Source of the DNA: Gekko japonicus
Lineage: Eukaryota
Assembly (NCBI RefSeq): GCF_001447785.1
Contig: NW_015163618.1
Coordinates: forward strand, 505,942 to 569,941
Length of the DNA: 64,000 nt
Reading direction: 5' to 3'
Made by a program: the position numbers and the translations under genes. The notes under the pieces are model-generated. The model was given only the letters and a program-made list of their open reading frames with translations. It did not search any database and was not told the DNA's origin. This document shows positions 34,907 through 48,183 of this stretch, piece by piece (within the stretch, counting starts at the first letter, position 1; each line of letters begins with the position of its first letter).

Positions 34907-36353
34907 TAAACCTAGGTTTGATAGGACACTATTGCATATATTTCAGTTTTTCCCCAAATTTCCATCCCCTCCCCCCAAAAAACACCCCCAGTTTTCCCCT
35001 GTGGCTTCAAAATTTCTGGAAACTTTACATCTCTACTGCCACATTAGTAGGCCTTGGAAAATCCAGACTCTCCCAGTCATGTGGCATCCAACCAGACTTT
35101 GCTGCATTTTTGCCCCAAAACTTCAGAGCGAAACAGGTTTGGGAAAGATCAAAACAAAACTAGGGAAACTCCAGGAGGCACACAAATGCACCACAATACT
35201 CTGGGGAAGCATGGGGGAAAATGCTTCTTCATAGCATTAAACCTGAGGCTAATATGTGTGGTAATGGCATTTATTACTAATGAATCACTATTTAGATAGG
35301 AAATTTTAACAAGGTTTCTGTGCTGTAAGTTGTACATCTTATTACATGCAATGGATTGGTATCTGGTTCCCTAGAGATTTTCCTTCTTCCAGGAAGAGGT
35401 GAACAGAAAATATCAACATGCATCTGACTTGTATTCATGTCAGAATTAACAGTACTTTTGACTGCATCTTCCCATCAAAGTGGCAGTGATCCAAAGTGGT
35501 ATACATGTTACTTTTTAATTATGATTTCTTTGCATTGTGGGGAAAGTCTACCTTGTTGTTCTTTAAGCTTCTTTGGTGGCCAATCCAAAACAAAGAGAGT
35601 TTAGAGGCTACTCGGCAACTTCTATAGCTATAGCTTCTGAGAGAAAAGGAGCCACAGGAAAATTTAAGTCCAAATTAACTCCATCTGTACACCGGCTAGA
35701 GTCACATGGCTTCTGCTCTTTCTGTCTCTCCTGCATAACTTTCCTGGAAATAAAATTGGGATAGCATGTTTTTCTTTCTTACCTTTATTCAGAAATGTTC
35801 TCAGTGCTAAGTAAGAAAGAGGTTAGGGAAGCAACTTCAGGAATTGTGAATGGTACTTTGATAATACAAACATGTGAATGAAGTCATATAGCATACTTAA
35901 AAAAAAATTATTTTATATTTTTTTCCTTTACAACATATACAACTAACCATTCAACTTTGATTTAACATTTGAACCATAAGCTGAATAACAATTGACACTT
36001 ATTAACTTAAATAAAGCGAAACCAATATAAAACAATTATAACTACAATACAGCATACTTAAAGTGATAGCTGCAAATGCAGCTACAGACTCTAGTGAGAT
36101 AATTTTTTATGTGAAAAGTTTGCTTATTTTACAGTTTCTTAAGATACACTCCACACTGTTTACCCCCCCCCCTCCAGATTAACTAGTAACCAAAGGCACA
36201 GCCTTTAGGAAAAACTTGTTGGGAAACCTCTTTGAAATGCCCGGAATTGAGTGACAGCACAGTTTGCTTGGTAAAGCTCCCTGTGGATTTAGCCCGATGT
36301 GTGAATCTTTTTAAAAAGTTATTTTTTAATCCTGTTAAAATCTGTCATTCTAG

Positions 36354-36447
36354 GAGGAGGTTTTTCCTTATCCTGAGATTAGCAATGAAGAATTGGAGGA
36401 AATTAATCAGTTCGTAGGGCCTGTAGAAAAATTCTTCAGTGAAGAAG
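36354..36447 (+). CDS. ACAD9: ACAD9 exon 2 ([31 protein letters not shown])
   Basis: tag|GAG...GAA G|gtattt; 94 nt. Confidence 0.95.
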
Positions 36448-36729
36448 GTATTTTCTGTTTTCTGTTCATAAGAACTTTATGTATTTGCTTATGTGACTTA
36501 TATTATTAAAACATTGCAGTTTTTATTTACATTGTTTTACAGTACCTGTAATCCTTGTAATCACTGCCACGGGGGGGGGGGGGGGGGGGAGGCATGGCTG
36601 TTTGCGGCGGCACAGTGTGTCCCGCTGCGAACACAATCAGATGCGATGGAAGTTTCCTTCATTGGCGCATGTTCCCTGCACACTCCAACGACGCAAGAGG
36701 AGTGCGCTGGAGCGATCACACAAGGAGAG

Positions 36730-36865
36730 TCTGGCAGTGGCCCTAGTGTCCTGTCCCCACTGCTGGACTTCCTGATGGCACCTGGTATTTTTGGCCACTG
36801 TGTGACAGAGTGTTGGACTGGATGGGCCATTGGCCTGATCCAACATTGGCTTCTCTTATGTTCTT
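36730..36865 (+). mobile_element. CR1 3'UTR fragment
   Basis: CCTGATGGCACCTGG..GGACTGGATGGGCCATTGGCCTGATCCAACATTGGCTTCTCTTATGTTCTT. Confidence 0.8.
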
Positions 36866-37506
36866 GTCCTTCTGTGTTTAATGGAGGTGTTTGCTGCCTG
36901 ATTGAATTGCTTTTTTTATTTAGTAATCCACCATGAGTCTTAGTGGGAAATGCAGCTGTAGATGTTGATGATGATGATGATAATCAGCTTGTTGCTGCAT
37001 GCATACTTGATTGCTCTTTGTATGATTAGTCAGCCAGAAGAAGAAAGTATAACATATTTCAGGGCTAAGTTTTACAATCATGTGTAACCAGCTCCTGAGT
37101 GTTTCTTCTTAAAATATGTTCATATGCTTTGTTCTGTTGAGAAATTGTTGCATTTGTCTCATAGTAATAAGGAAAGAGAATATTGCCCAGATGTCTTCTT
37201 GTCGTGATGCAGCTGGATGCTACAATAACTTGCTTAAATGGTGTTGCCTGGCTGTGTTCCATTCCATGGAAGGTCAATACTTTCACTGATTTATGAGTTG
37301 GTGTTGGGATTAGATGGCATTCAAAGCAATTGAACAGAGGAGCTTAGACCTTGTCTGGTGCTTGGCAGCTCCTTAAGTAGCAATAACATTTGAAAAAATC
37401 ATCTGACTCAGGATCTAACTCCCTAAATAAGCTTTAGCTAAATTAGCAAAGTACACCATTGCTCTTTGTAACTAGTTATGATGTTCATCTTAATATTCTT
37501 TTTCAG

Positions 37507-37608
37507 TGGATTCTAAGAAAATTGACCAGGATGCTAAAATTCCTCAGGAGACGCTTAATGGACTAAGGAACCTGGGGCTCTTTGGCATGCAGATTCCAGA
37601 GGAATATG
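37507..37608 (+). CDS. ACAD9: ACAD9 exon 3 ([34 protein letters not shown])
   Basis: cag|TG...TAT G|gtgagt; 102 nt. Confidence 0.95.
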
Positions 37609-37920
37609 GTGAGTCAGGAGACGGAATGTAGAGCTCTGCAGCTCTTATTCAACCTTCCAACATGACAGATTGTTTACTTCTTCTTTCCTTATTTGGTGGG
37701 GCACAGCCATCGTTGGCATCTCATCCTTGCATCAGGTAAGCACTGACACTTCAGAAAGACAAGCTCTTAAGCTGGGTTGCTCAGAGTTACCATAAATGAG
37801 AACCAAAATCATCTGTTTCCTTGCAGATTTTATAATTGTACTTAAAAGTACATTTAAAGAGCAAAGTGCAAACTGATGCAAACTTTCAGAAGAAGCATCA
37901 CAGACTTTAACATTCCAACA

Positions 37921-38122
37921 GGAAAGAGCAAGGGTCCAGTGGCACCTTAAGCACTAACAAAATTTCTGGCAGGGCATGAGCTTTTGTGAGTCAGTGACTC
38001 ACTGCAGTGACTCATGGAAGTTCCTATCCTGCCACACATTTTTGTTAGTCTTTATGGTGCTACTGGACTCTTGCTCTTTTCTCCTGCTACAGACAGACTA
38101 ACACGGCTACCTATCTTGATCT
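37921..38122. mobile_element. Inverted (fold-back) Penelope pseudo-LTR pair
   Basis: AAAGAGCAAGGGTCCAGTGGCACC..ACTAACAAAA / TTTTGTTAGT..GGTGCTACTGGACTCTTGCTCTTT; continues ACAGACTAACACGGCTACC. Confidence 0.7.
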
Positions 38123-38912
38123 GTAACATTCCAGAATGCTTGAGGTGTGACTAATGTTCGAGTGGTCTTCAGCATCTTCGTATTGTATGTAAAAAGCTAC
38201 CCTATCGGGAAGAGGGCTAGTCAAGGCTACTCCCCAGGATGATAACTTTCATCATGCACAAGATTTTGATCTGAGTAGGAAAATTAAAATATCCCTTCTC
38301 TGCATTATATGGTATTATCTAGGAACACTGCACCGTTCCTGTTTTCTGCATAGTGGAAGTGGTCATAGTGTAAGTTAAAGTAGTATCTTTTCTCAAACTA
38401 ATATCTGATTTTTGCAGAATTATATCTTTGTTTAATGAAGAAATAATAAATTTCTGTATTGGTAAACACCTTTTCACATTGAAACCTTTAGTCTGCCACG
38501 TCGCATCAGAGGTATTATATTACCAACCTTGTTCATTACACTGTGTTCTTATTCAGAATAATCCTGTTGCTAAATTGTATAAAGCTTCAAATGCTTTAAG
38601 AGATTGTGGTAACCTGGTTCTGGGGCAAACTGTTTTTGCAAGTGGAAGAAAATGTCAGTGCTTCTGGCTAGTTGATCTGTTTGAGTATTTCTGTTTGCTC
38701 TTTTTTAATTCTGCTGCAATTACTATTTTTAATTCTGCTGCAATGAAGTTGCATTTGATAGCAACACAGCTCTATGACCTGGTTGGGTTTGGGATGTGGG
38801 GCTGGAATGCCATCGCTGTATGTGGCATTTAAAAAGTATAATAAATGCAAATGACAAAAATATAGCTTCTCATGTCAGCAGTTAAATAGTTGGCTGTGAT
38901 CTCTTTTAACAG

Positions 38913-39019
38913 GCGGCCTCGGTCTGTCAAATACAATGTATGCACGTTTGGGAGAAATCATTTCTCAAGATGGAGCTATTGCAGTAACATTAGCAGCTCA
39001 CCAAGCTATAGGACTAAAG
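38913..39019 (+). CDS. ACAD9: ACAD9 exon 4 ([36 protein letters not shown])
   Basis: cag|GC...AAG|gtaact; 107 nt. Confidence 0.95.
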
Positions 39020-39397
39020 GTAACTTTCTGGTTCTTAGAATCATGTTTATGTTGCGCTCTTCAGTATTCATGTTTCAGGACTGTTTCATGTTTTATATCC
39101 ACAGTTGTTGCTCTTCAGTGATAGGGAAGATATTTGAACCAAGTGGACAGCAGGTGTATTAATAAGGTGTATGTGGAATAAAATGTGAACAGAAGTTGAA
39201 CAATAAAGGTGAAAGGTCAGGGCCATTTTTAGATTCCTCCTGATGCGCTGGTGTAAACAAGTCCTGTGGCATTAAAGTTAAACTGATGGACAATTCAGTT
39301 AGTATTAAAGATGGCAGTTCTTGTAAACTGAAAACCATTGCACATGTTAATTGTTCAACTGTTGTTGGAGAATTGATACAGAGTTTTTACTGGTGTA

Positions 39398-39910
39398 AAC
39401 CTAAACAGCATGATAAAAAGTAGAGACATCACCCTGCCAACAAAAGTCCGTATGGTCAAAGCAATGGTATTCCCAGTAGTCATGTATGGCTGCGAGAGTT
39501 GGACTATAAGGAAGGCTGAGCGCCGAAGAATAGATTCTTTTGAACTATGGTGCTGGAGAAGACTCTTGAGAGTCCCTTGGACTGCAAGAAGATCAAATCA
39601 GTCAATCCTAAAAGAAATCAACCCTGACTGTTTCCTGGAAGGCCAGATAATGAAACTGAAACTCAAATACTTTGGCCACCAAATGAGATGGGAGCACTCA
39701 CTGGAGAAGACCCTGATGCTGGGAAAGATTGAAGGTCAAAGAAGACGGGGACGGCAAAGGATGAGATGGTTAGACAGTGTCATAGATGCAACGAACATAA
39801 AATTGAGCAAACTTCAGAGGACGGTGGAAGACCGGAAGGCCTGGCGGGAGCTGGTCCATGGGGTCGCGAAGAGTCGGACTCTACTGTGTGACTGAACAAC
39901 AACAACAACA
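39398..39910 (+). mobile_element. RTE-BovB LINE 3' fragment
   Basis: Uninterrupted 161-aa KSRDITLPTKVRMVKAMVFPVVMYGCESWTIRKAERRRIDSFELWCWRRLLRVPWTARRSNQSIL...; (CAA)n tail. Confidence 0.93.
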
Positions 39911-40350
39911 AATTGTTTAGATTGTGCTCAAAAGGAAGGCCTGGCTAAACATGTGAATCATTGTAACAACCAAATTGTTTAAAATCCTGTGCCAAATGAA
40001 AAATGCTTAAAATAAGTGTGTGAGTACAAGCAACAATGGTAGCAAAAATGCTGTTGCTGCTGGTTACAAAAAGGTCAAGGCTGAGGTAAGTTTCTCAATG
40101 CTTAGCCACTGGAAATGAACATGTAGGATATGTGACCATGGTGCCCTAGACCTCTGACCTGAATGAAGGTGATACAACTGTTCAACTCTGTGAGTGTATG
40201 TATATAAAGTGTTAGTGCTCATGCTCTGAGTACACACCTGAAAAATAACCCTTCTTGTTATCCTCCTTTTAAAACAGGAGAGTGCAAGAGGATTTGCTTT
40301 TGTGTGTCCTGCTGTGCAGCAATAAATGGCCCACTTTGGTTTTGTTGCAG

Positions 40351-40451
40351 GGAATCCTTATTGCAGGTACTGAAGAACAAAAGAAAAAGTATCTGCCTAA
40401 ACTGGCATCTGGGGAACACATTGCAGCATTTTGTCTCACAGAGCCAGGAAG
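40351..40451 (+). CDS. ACAD9: ACAD9 exon 5 ([33 protein letters not shown])
   Basis: cag|GGA...GGA AG|gtaata; 101 nt. Confidence 0.95.
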
Positions 40452-40874
40452 GTAATATATTCAAAAACAGACAGAGTTATCACTTTAAGCAAGATCTTTG
40501 TTAACAAGAAGTAAGCTTGATGCTACAAGAAGACTATTTACATTCCTTAACCACAGATGATACCTGTAGATATCCATCACAGTCTTTGTAATTATGACTA
40601 AATGCTTTTGCAGCGAAAGTGGGACCTAGTCTCCCTTCTAAGCTTGCAGGTTGTTGGAGGTACATGTAGACAGTGAAGATTTTGAAAGAGTTTGCCATGA
40701 TTGTTTGCAAAAACAATTTAGGAGAGTGTTCAGAATGTTGTTTGAGTAAATCAGACTTATTTGGAATACTGAGCTCCTTGTAGTGAAGAGCCAGGGCTTT
40801 TGCTTATTTCCTACTGGATTGAGTTCTTTGGCTCAGTTTAAATGCTAACCCCTCATTTCTTTACTGTATTTCAG

Positions 40875-40953
40875 TGGAAGTGATGCTGCATCTATTCAGA
40901 CTAGAGCAACTTTGAGTGAAGATGGCAAAAGTTTTTTATTAAATGGTTCAAAG
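40875..40953 (+). CDS. ACAD9: ACAD9 exon 6 ([27 protein letters not shown])
   Basis: cag|T GGA...AAG|gtactt; 79 nt. Confidence 0.95.
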
Positions 40954-41362
40954 GTACTTATCTGCCGAAAAGAGAGATTGTTTTTTTTTCCTCCTTGTCA
41001 TTTTGTCCAGTTATTCTCTGAATAGTTTCCCTGCCTAATCCAGTTGAGCCCAAAGGAAAACTAGTCAGAGAGCATGATATAAATCCAGGGATTAGAGGGA
41101 TAATTGATTGCCAAGGTTAACATAGTAAGGAAGACACAGTAAAGGTCCTTTTTCTTTAGAGAAGTTTTCTGCCTGGGTATGGGATCTGTTCTCTGAGTGG
41201 TGATTTTTACACACACACACACCCAGCTCAAGGGATCTTGTCCAAAAATCAAAAGTAGTCTGTACTAAAGTATTTGGCATGGATGGGGGGAGGAAATCTG
41301 TCGCTCCATTTGTTTTATGACATAAGCAAAAGCAGAAGTACTTCTTTCTTGTTCTGTTACAG

Positions 41363-41537
41363 ATATGGATATCAAATGGTGGTATTGCAGATATCTTTAC
41401 CGTGTTTGCAAGGACAGAGGTGGTTGACAAAGATGGTGCAACCAAAGACAAAATTACTGCTTTCATTGTAGAAAGAACTTCTGGTGGAATCACTAATGGA
41501 AAGCCAGAGGATAAACTGGGCATTCGAGGATCTAACA
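41363..41537 (+). CDS. ACAD9: ACAD9 exon 7 ([19 protein letters not shown]...[13 protein letters not shown])
   Basis: cag|ATA...AAC A|gtaaga; 175 nt. Confidence 0.95.
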
Positions 41538-44202
41538 GTAAGAGTCAGATTAAAAGCGCTTGGAGAAGGTGGAGAATTAATATTCTGAGGGCATGTGTGA
41601 GGAAATCCAGGTTCTTCTAATCAGCTGCATTTTGTTAGATCATGAGAGGGACTTCTTTCTTAATTGTTTATTGTAATAATTGCTGACCAGTTATGGGCAT
41701 AAATCTTTGTTTCTAGAGTTGCTTAGTTGCAAGACTGTCTTTGCTGTTTTCTTGACTTCAGATTTCCATCAATATGTCTAAATCTCAATGTGGCCCCATC
41801 TGTAGTTACTTAAATCTACAGATTGGGGCTGTGGGAAGACAAGACAGACCTTTCTACAAACCTGAGAAAAGCCCCAGGCTTACAGAAAAATCTGATATCT
41901 TAAAAAAAAATGGGGTGGCAGATAGAAGGCAGATTGGTTTGTGGGTGGGAAGGAGAGAATGAAACAGGGAAAGGAGAGAATATGGGAACTGCCAAGAGGA
42001 AGGAAAGAGGAAATAGTGTAGAGAGGGGATACAGGTGAAAGTCAGGTACTCCCCGCAACTCCTTGCAGGCTCCCCAGTGCAGCTGGACAGACTTTTCCCA
42101 GGAGGGGGGTGACAGGAGGGAAATCTAAAGACAGAGGGGCCTGGCTGGAGGATGGGAAAGAGAGTAGGAAGCAGGAAAACTGGAGAGGCTATGGTGGCTT
42201 TCAGGGAAGGGGAGGGGAAAATAAGATGCCCCCACAAGTCCTTGTGTACTCCTCACTTGTATATGTATAATTGTCCAAAACAAGAAAGGAAAAGGCAACT
42301 CAAGTGAATATCCTCTAGTGTCACTCAACTTCAGAAGAAAAATGTGTTCCCATTTCTTGGCCTTCTTCGGATTTGTAGCCCTGTAAATATTAGCCATAGT
42401 AGTGAGTGAGAGCCAGTGGACCTCTTTGTGCTTATTCTTCCTATGGCTTTTGAATAATCTCAGACACACTGGAGGTGCATTCCATATTATAGTTAACTCA
42501 TATTTTTCTGTATGGCACCTTAATGCATCTGTTTAGCATAAAACATTATGGGCGTATTAATATTTATTCCCCAAACAGAATATTACTTCTGGCCTGTCTG
42601 TTTAACCTTCTGAGCAAAGCAGACCAAATTAACCTTGAAGGGCTTAGTTTCAAGAGCAGGCCATGGGATTGCATGACCCCCCCACTCCTTTCTCCCTCTT
42701 ATAAAATTCAGTTTCTCAAAGTGATGTAGAGAGCATTCCTAAGCAGGTCAGGTCAGAAGTAAGTCCCATGTTAATGGAGATTACTGCAAGGGAAGTGTCT
42801 TTAGGATTGCAGTCTGCATCTGAGTGAATTCAGGGGCATACCCTGCTTCATTTGAATGTAGGCTGGCACAGGTGAAATCAGACTTGGGTAGGGGGGGAAG
42901 GAGACACTGCATAGGTGGAAAGGATCCAAGAAAGACTGTTAACAGTGAAGGTTGGTGTATAGAAATATTGATTTCTAAAAGCCCCTGCCTTCCCCTGGGA
43001 TATCTTTCTGATAACAGGCTATGCCTTGTTTCCTGTTACAAGCCAAATGGTGGGGCCCATGGCCTCAATTGCATGCCATAAACCCACATTCTTCACACTT
43101 CCATGCTGGAAGCTAGGCCAGCGTGCAAATAGTCACGTAGCCGATGGGGAGACTGGAGTTTGGGGTCACCTGACTGCAGGGTGTGTGTGTCTCCAAACGT
43201 CCAGCCTATCCCCACTTGCACCCATGACAACCAAGAATTGGCCACCCCCCTGCCCACTCGCAGTTGGCTGCATGGCCAGAGCTGATTTGTGACTGGAATG
43301 GGCCCAGAACTGGTCATTCCCAATGGGAGAGAGTTCTGTTCTCTCTGCTGCTCTTGTGTTCTTGTTCCTGTTTGTGAGCTCTCTGCTCCCTGCTTGTTGG
43401 TTTATTGCACCTGGACATGTGGTCTCTGGGAGAACAAAGACCTGCTTGGTAACTGGAGCACATGGTGTGCAAAAATGGGCTTTCCCTTCAAGATCCCCTG
43501 GAACCCTGGACTGTAGATGTTACTGACATGGTAAATCTGAAGCATTAATGTTCAGTTAAGGCAAACTGCCTTAGGCTTGTTATTTTGGAATCTTTATGGT
43601 CTAATTGCAATGTTCTGTGTTGAATAAAAACATATTCTTGTTTTTAAATGGTCTCTGATGTGTAACTGAGTTCCAAGGCTAAACTCCTGTGCCTTCTGCT
43701 CACCCTATGAGCTACCTTTGTAAGAATTAAGCATGCATCTCTAGATAGAAGTGCTAATGTGTAAAACCCAGATGCCAGCTAAGAGTCTGAACCTTGCACT
43801 TAGGCTGGACGGGGACTCTAGTTAAAAGAGGTTCTGGTGGCTTATTGTTCTGAATCCAGAGAGGGTAGCCTACCTCTCTGGGTTGTTGTTTAATGTATTG
43901 TAAAAGTATAGGATTCCCTCTCATTCCTGGACAGGCTTGAGGGGCAGAATCCTATACAGTTGAGTCTCACAGTTATTTTATTCTGGTTCTAACTGGAATT
44001 TTTTTTACTATTATTGTAAGCTGCCCTGAACTATGAGGAAAGGCAGGGTATAAATGTTTTAATAAATAATAGTAAATTAATACAAACAGTTCACTCCCAG
44101 CCATAACAGGTGCTAGAAATGAATTTGTGTTATATTTTAAACAGTGATTCCTATTTCATTCCTGTTCCTGGCAACATTAGTATAACATTCTTTATCTTGC
44201 AG

Positions 44203-44276
44203 CTTGTGAAGTGCACTTTGAAAATACAAAAGTTCCTATAGAGAACGTTATTGGAGAAATAGGAGGAGGATTTAAG
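44203..44276 (+). CDS. ACAD9: ACAD9 exon 8 ([25 protein letters not shown])
   Basis: cag|CT...AAG|gtgaga; 74 nt. Confidence 0.95.
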
Positions 44277-44511
44277 GTGAGATGCAGGGAATAACTGTTT
44301 ACATAGGCTGCAGAAGAGAAATTTGTGATAAACTTGAATTTTATTTATTTATTTATTGCATTTTTACCCCGCCCTCCCCGCGAACGGGCTCAGGTTGGGG
44401 GTTGAAGTAGCTATCATGAGGGTGATGGAATCTGAATGGGTAATCATTCAAAGCAAATAGCTAAAGAGAGAGTCAAGAGAAAAGTGGTATGTTTGTTAGC
44501 CGTGAGGTACT

Positions 44512-45053
44512 TAAGAACATAAGAGAAGCCAGTGTTGGATCAGGCCAATGGCCCATCCAGTCTGTCACACAGTGGCCAAAAATACCAGGTGCCATCAGGA
44601 GGTCCAGCAGTGGGGCCAGGACACTAGAAACCCTCCCCCTGTTACCCCCCCCCCTCCAAGCACCAAGAATACAGAGCATCACTTGCCCCAGACTGAGAGT
44701 TCCTATCTATACCTTGTGACTAATAGCCACTGATGGACCTCTGCTCCATATGCTTATCTAATTCCCTTTTGAAGCCGTCCATGCTTGTAGCTGCCACCAC
44801 TTCCTGTGGCAGTGAATTCCATGTGTTAATCCCTCTTTGGGTGAAGAAGTACTTCTTTTTATCCGTCCTAGCCTGACCGCTCAGCAATTTCATGGAGTGC
44901 CCACGAGTTCTTGTATTATGAGAAAGGGAGAAAAGTACTTCTTTCTCTACCTGCTCTATCCCATGCATAATCTTATAAACTTCAATCATGTCACCCCTCA
45001 GCCATCGTTTCTCCAAGCTAAAGAGCCCCAAGCGTTTTAACCTGTCTTCATAG
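44512..45053 (-). mobile_element. CR1 LINE 3' fragment
   Basis: YEDRLKRLGLFSLEKRWLRGDMIEVYKIMHG...WNSLPQEVV; begins TAAGAACATAAGA on the + strand. Confidence 0.92.
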
Positions 45054-46287
45054 GTACTTTTAAAAAAAGTTGTCACAGGCTCATGGTATAAAATTTCCCC
45101 CGGAACAATTTCCCCCTCATTTTAACAATTTTCTAGTTGTACAAGAATTTGAATTTGAACATTTATCCCATTGAAATCAATAAAGTGCTCAGAACATCCA
45201 CTTTGAAAGGTGATTGCTGGTAGGCAGAATTCATAGATGTGTAGAAAATGTAGTGAAATTTGAATGTCCCATGGTAGTTAAGAAGGGGGTGTCTTTTGTA
45301 GCTGAAATATCTTTTGTATCCTGCCTTTTTAAAGAGGGTCAGACTTCTGAGACTCCCTTGCTCAGGTAGTTGGGGGTTGTTAACTTCGGATTCTCTGAAT
45401 CTTGGCTGTGTAAGACTCGCCAGGGATGTCTTTCTGTGTAGTTAAAACACTGAAGCTGTGTACAGCCTCTTCAGTGGGCATCACCGGCTGCACAACCATT
45501 TTTCCATAAGGACTCACCAGAACCTAAGAATCCCTTGGAAGCAATTGGACTAAGGCAGCTGGGAGGTTTAGCATTTCTCTCACGTGTGTTCCTGTTTTTA
45601 CTTACAAAGGCATAGATTGTCCTAAACTTTTTGTCACCCTCTCAAATCTTCAGGGTTTAATGGGGCAGAAATGTCAATTGTTGGTATTAATTTTTTTCCC
45701 ACAGAATGCTAATTAATGACTTCCAGTAATTTTGATCTCCTTATGCTTTCCAAAACATGAAACATCTCAATCTGTTATTGTAGAATGTTCCGCATTTTTC
45801 ATTTTGTCAGCCAACCAGTTACTGGTTGTTGACCTTAAACTCATTCTCTCCTTTGCAGTGTTGTAACTAGTTCTGGTTAAAGTTTAATCAGCTGGGTCAA
45901 TTTTGTCTTCTACATTAACCACATTTATATTCTTTAGAGAAAATTGACAGTTTTGTATAAGGGTGTTATACAAAACAAAACCCTGTGGTTTGTTTTCATC
46001 TCATGTTCTAAGCTTTAGAAGACAGACACTCCCCAAAGTGACTGCAGTGATTCCACAATGAAATTATAGGTATCTTTAGGGAGAAAATAATCATATCATT
46101 CTTACTGTTTGTTGGTGAATATGGTGTGTGGTAGATAAAGGCTTCATGTGTAGCTGAACAGCAGACTGACAGCTGGGTCTCAAATAAAATCGTAGTAGCT
46201 TCTTGTTTTTTGGGTCTTTTTTTTTTTTTTTAAGAAAAAGCTCCCAAGTATAGTTGCTTGAATAAAGGCTGCTTATCTTCTCTGCAG

Positions 46288-46363
46288 GTTGCTATGAATA
46301 TTCTAAATAGTGGAAGATTCAGCATGGGCAGTGCATCTGCTGGAATGCTTAAGAAATTGATAG
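46288..46363 (+). CDS. ACAD9: ACAD9 exon 9 ([25 protein letters not shown])
   Basis: cag|GTT...ATA G|gtaatc; 76 nt. Confidence 0.95.
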
Positions 46364-48183
46364 GTAATCTAAGCATGATGTGTTCCTGGAGAGGATGACA
46401 TTTCTGTATTGGTTCTGTGTCTACCTGAAAAGGATCTTGTATTCTGTGCACAGAATAACCTACCTCACAGGACAGGTAGTGAGGGTGACATGAAGGAGAG
46501 GAAAACCATGTATGCCATCCTAAGTTCCATGGAGGAAGGATAGATAAAATGTTATAATTTATTCTTAGCTGCATCACAGAAAAATTATATAAGTTACAAT
46601 AGTATTATAAATTATATAGCATTACCTTCCATATTTCAGGGCAAGATTTTTTGTAATATACACACCAAGGCATTGTTATTCACTCTGTATTAGTGTTTGC
46701 CCTGTTTCTAGAGTATTTTCCAAAATGGAGGACCATGCCTTGGAGTATAGATAACTAAAGCTGGTCCAGATGGAATGAATTACGTTACCGTTCTAAAGAC
46801 AGTTTACAATAAATTGCTGAACCCTTCTCCTTTTTAGGATTCCTTAATAGTGGGTGGTCCATGTTGTTGCATGGGTGTATCATGGTAGATTTATATGATT
46901 GCATGATTGATAAGCTGTGTACTGACTTCTTGCATAAAGTGTACCTGAATGAAGTTTAGAAATCTCAAACCAGTTAACAACTGTGGGTGGAAAGAGGCAA
47001 CATGAATTGGGGGGGGGGCTACATATATCTTCCAGAGAAGGAGGGGAAAATACTCTGTAGGTAGTGCTCCAAAGAATTTATTAAACAGCTGTTTCTCCAA
47101 GTTGCCAGAAGCAAGAAGTTGGGCAGGGAGGGCACAGCTTACTATGGACCATTTGTCTCTCGATCATTGAGTGAATAGATTCATATGTTTCCTTTTCTCG
47201 GAGAGCTGATGCATACTTTATATGGCAGAAATCCTTGCTGAGTGTACACTGACGTTTCTATCATATTTTTAGTCTCGCCTTTCCTTCAAGGAGCACAGGG
47301 AATCTTACATGGTTCTGCATCCCCCCAGCAGCCCAGTACAGTAGCTTAGGTGAAAAGAGAGTAACTGGCTGAAGGTTAACCAGTGAGCTTTTTTGTAGCT
47401 AGTTGATCTTGATCATAGTCGTACACTAGATCCCACATGTATTTGCAGTGATAGCCACTGGAACTTTGAAGTGAAGGATAATATTTGTAAAGATGCAGTG
47501 TCAGGGAGGCCCATTTGACCAGTATTGGTCACTGTGTTAGAAATATGCCTCTCTGTTCCATATTTTACAGTGTTTACGGCTGCAAACACCAGTGAACATT
47601 AAGCAAACACATTTGCCATAAAAAGTGTGGATGCAATCCATGTTCACTTTCCAAAGATAGTTGGGAGAAGTAGTTGCCTCCTCTACCTCCTAAACTGTAT
47701 TTTTCTAGGAGCAGGGCTGTTTAGTTCCTAGCACCGCTTACAGTGCAATCCAGTGCCCACTGATATTAGTGGGGTTAGACTGGAGAAACTCTATGCACAG
47801 TTGCACTGTTGGATGTGCTTGGTCTGTACTTTGCTTGCTTTGTTTAATCTGCAGAATAGCACGATGTAAGACAGTTCCCATGACTCACTATAGGTGCTGT
47901 TTTATTTATCATAAGGAACTTTTCAGCCTGATCAAAGGGTTGCCGTTTCAGCACAGAAAGCCATATCAAATGCTGTGTCACAGAATATGTATTGCTTTTA
48001 TTTCAGTGTTGGTACAAGTGTGTCAAAGGTAAATTCAGACTGTCCATCCTAATGAAGGCATGAGATTCAGCACATAAAATTGATGGATGAAGCCTTGCAG
48101 TATTCAGAAATATTTAAGAAAACGTTGCATTTTTGGAATTTTATTGCCTGATTAACTTCTTACTCTTCTCTTTTTTTGTAAAG

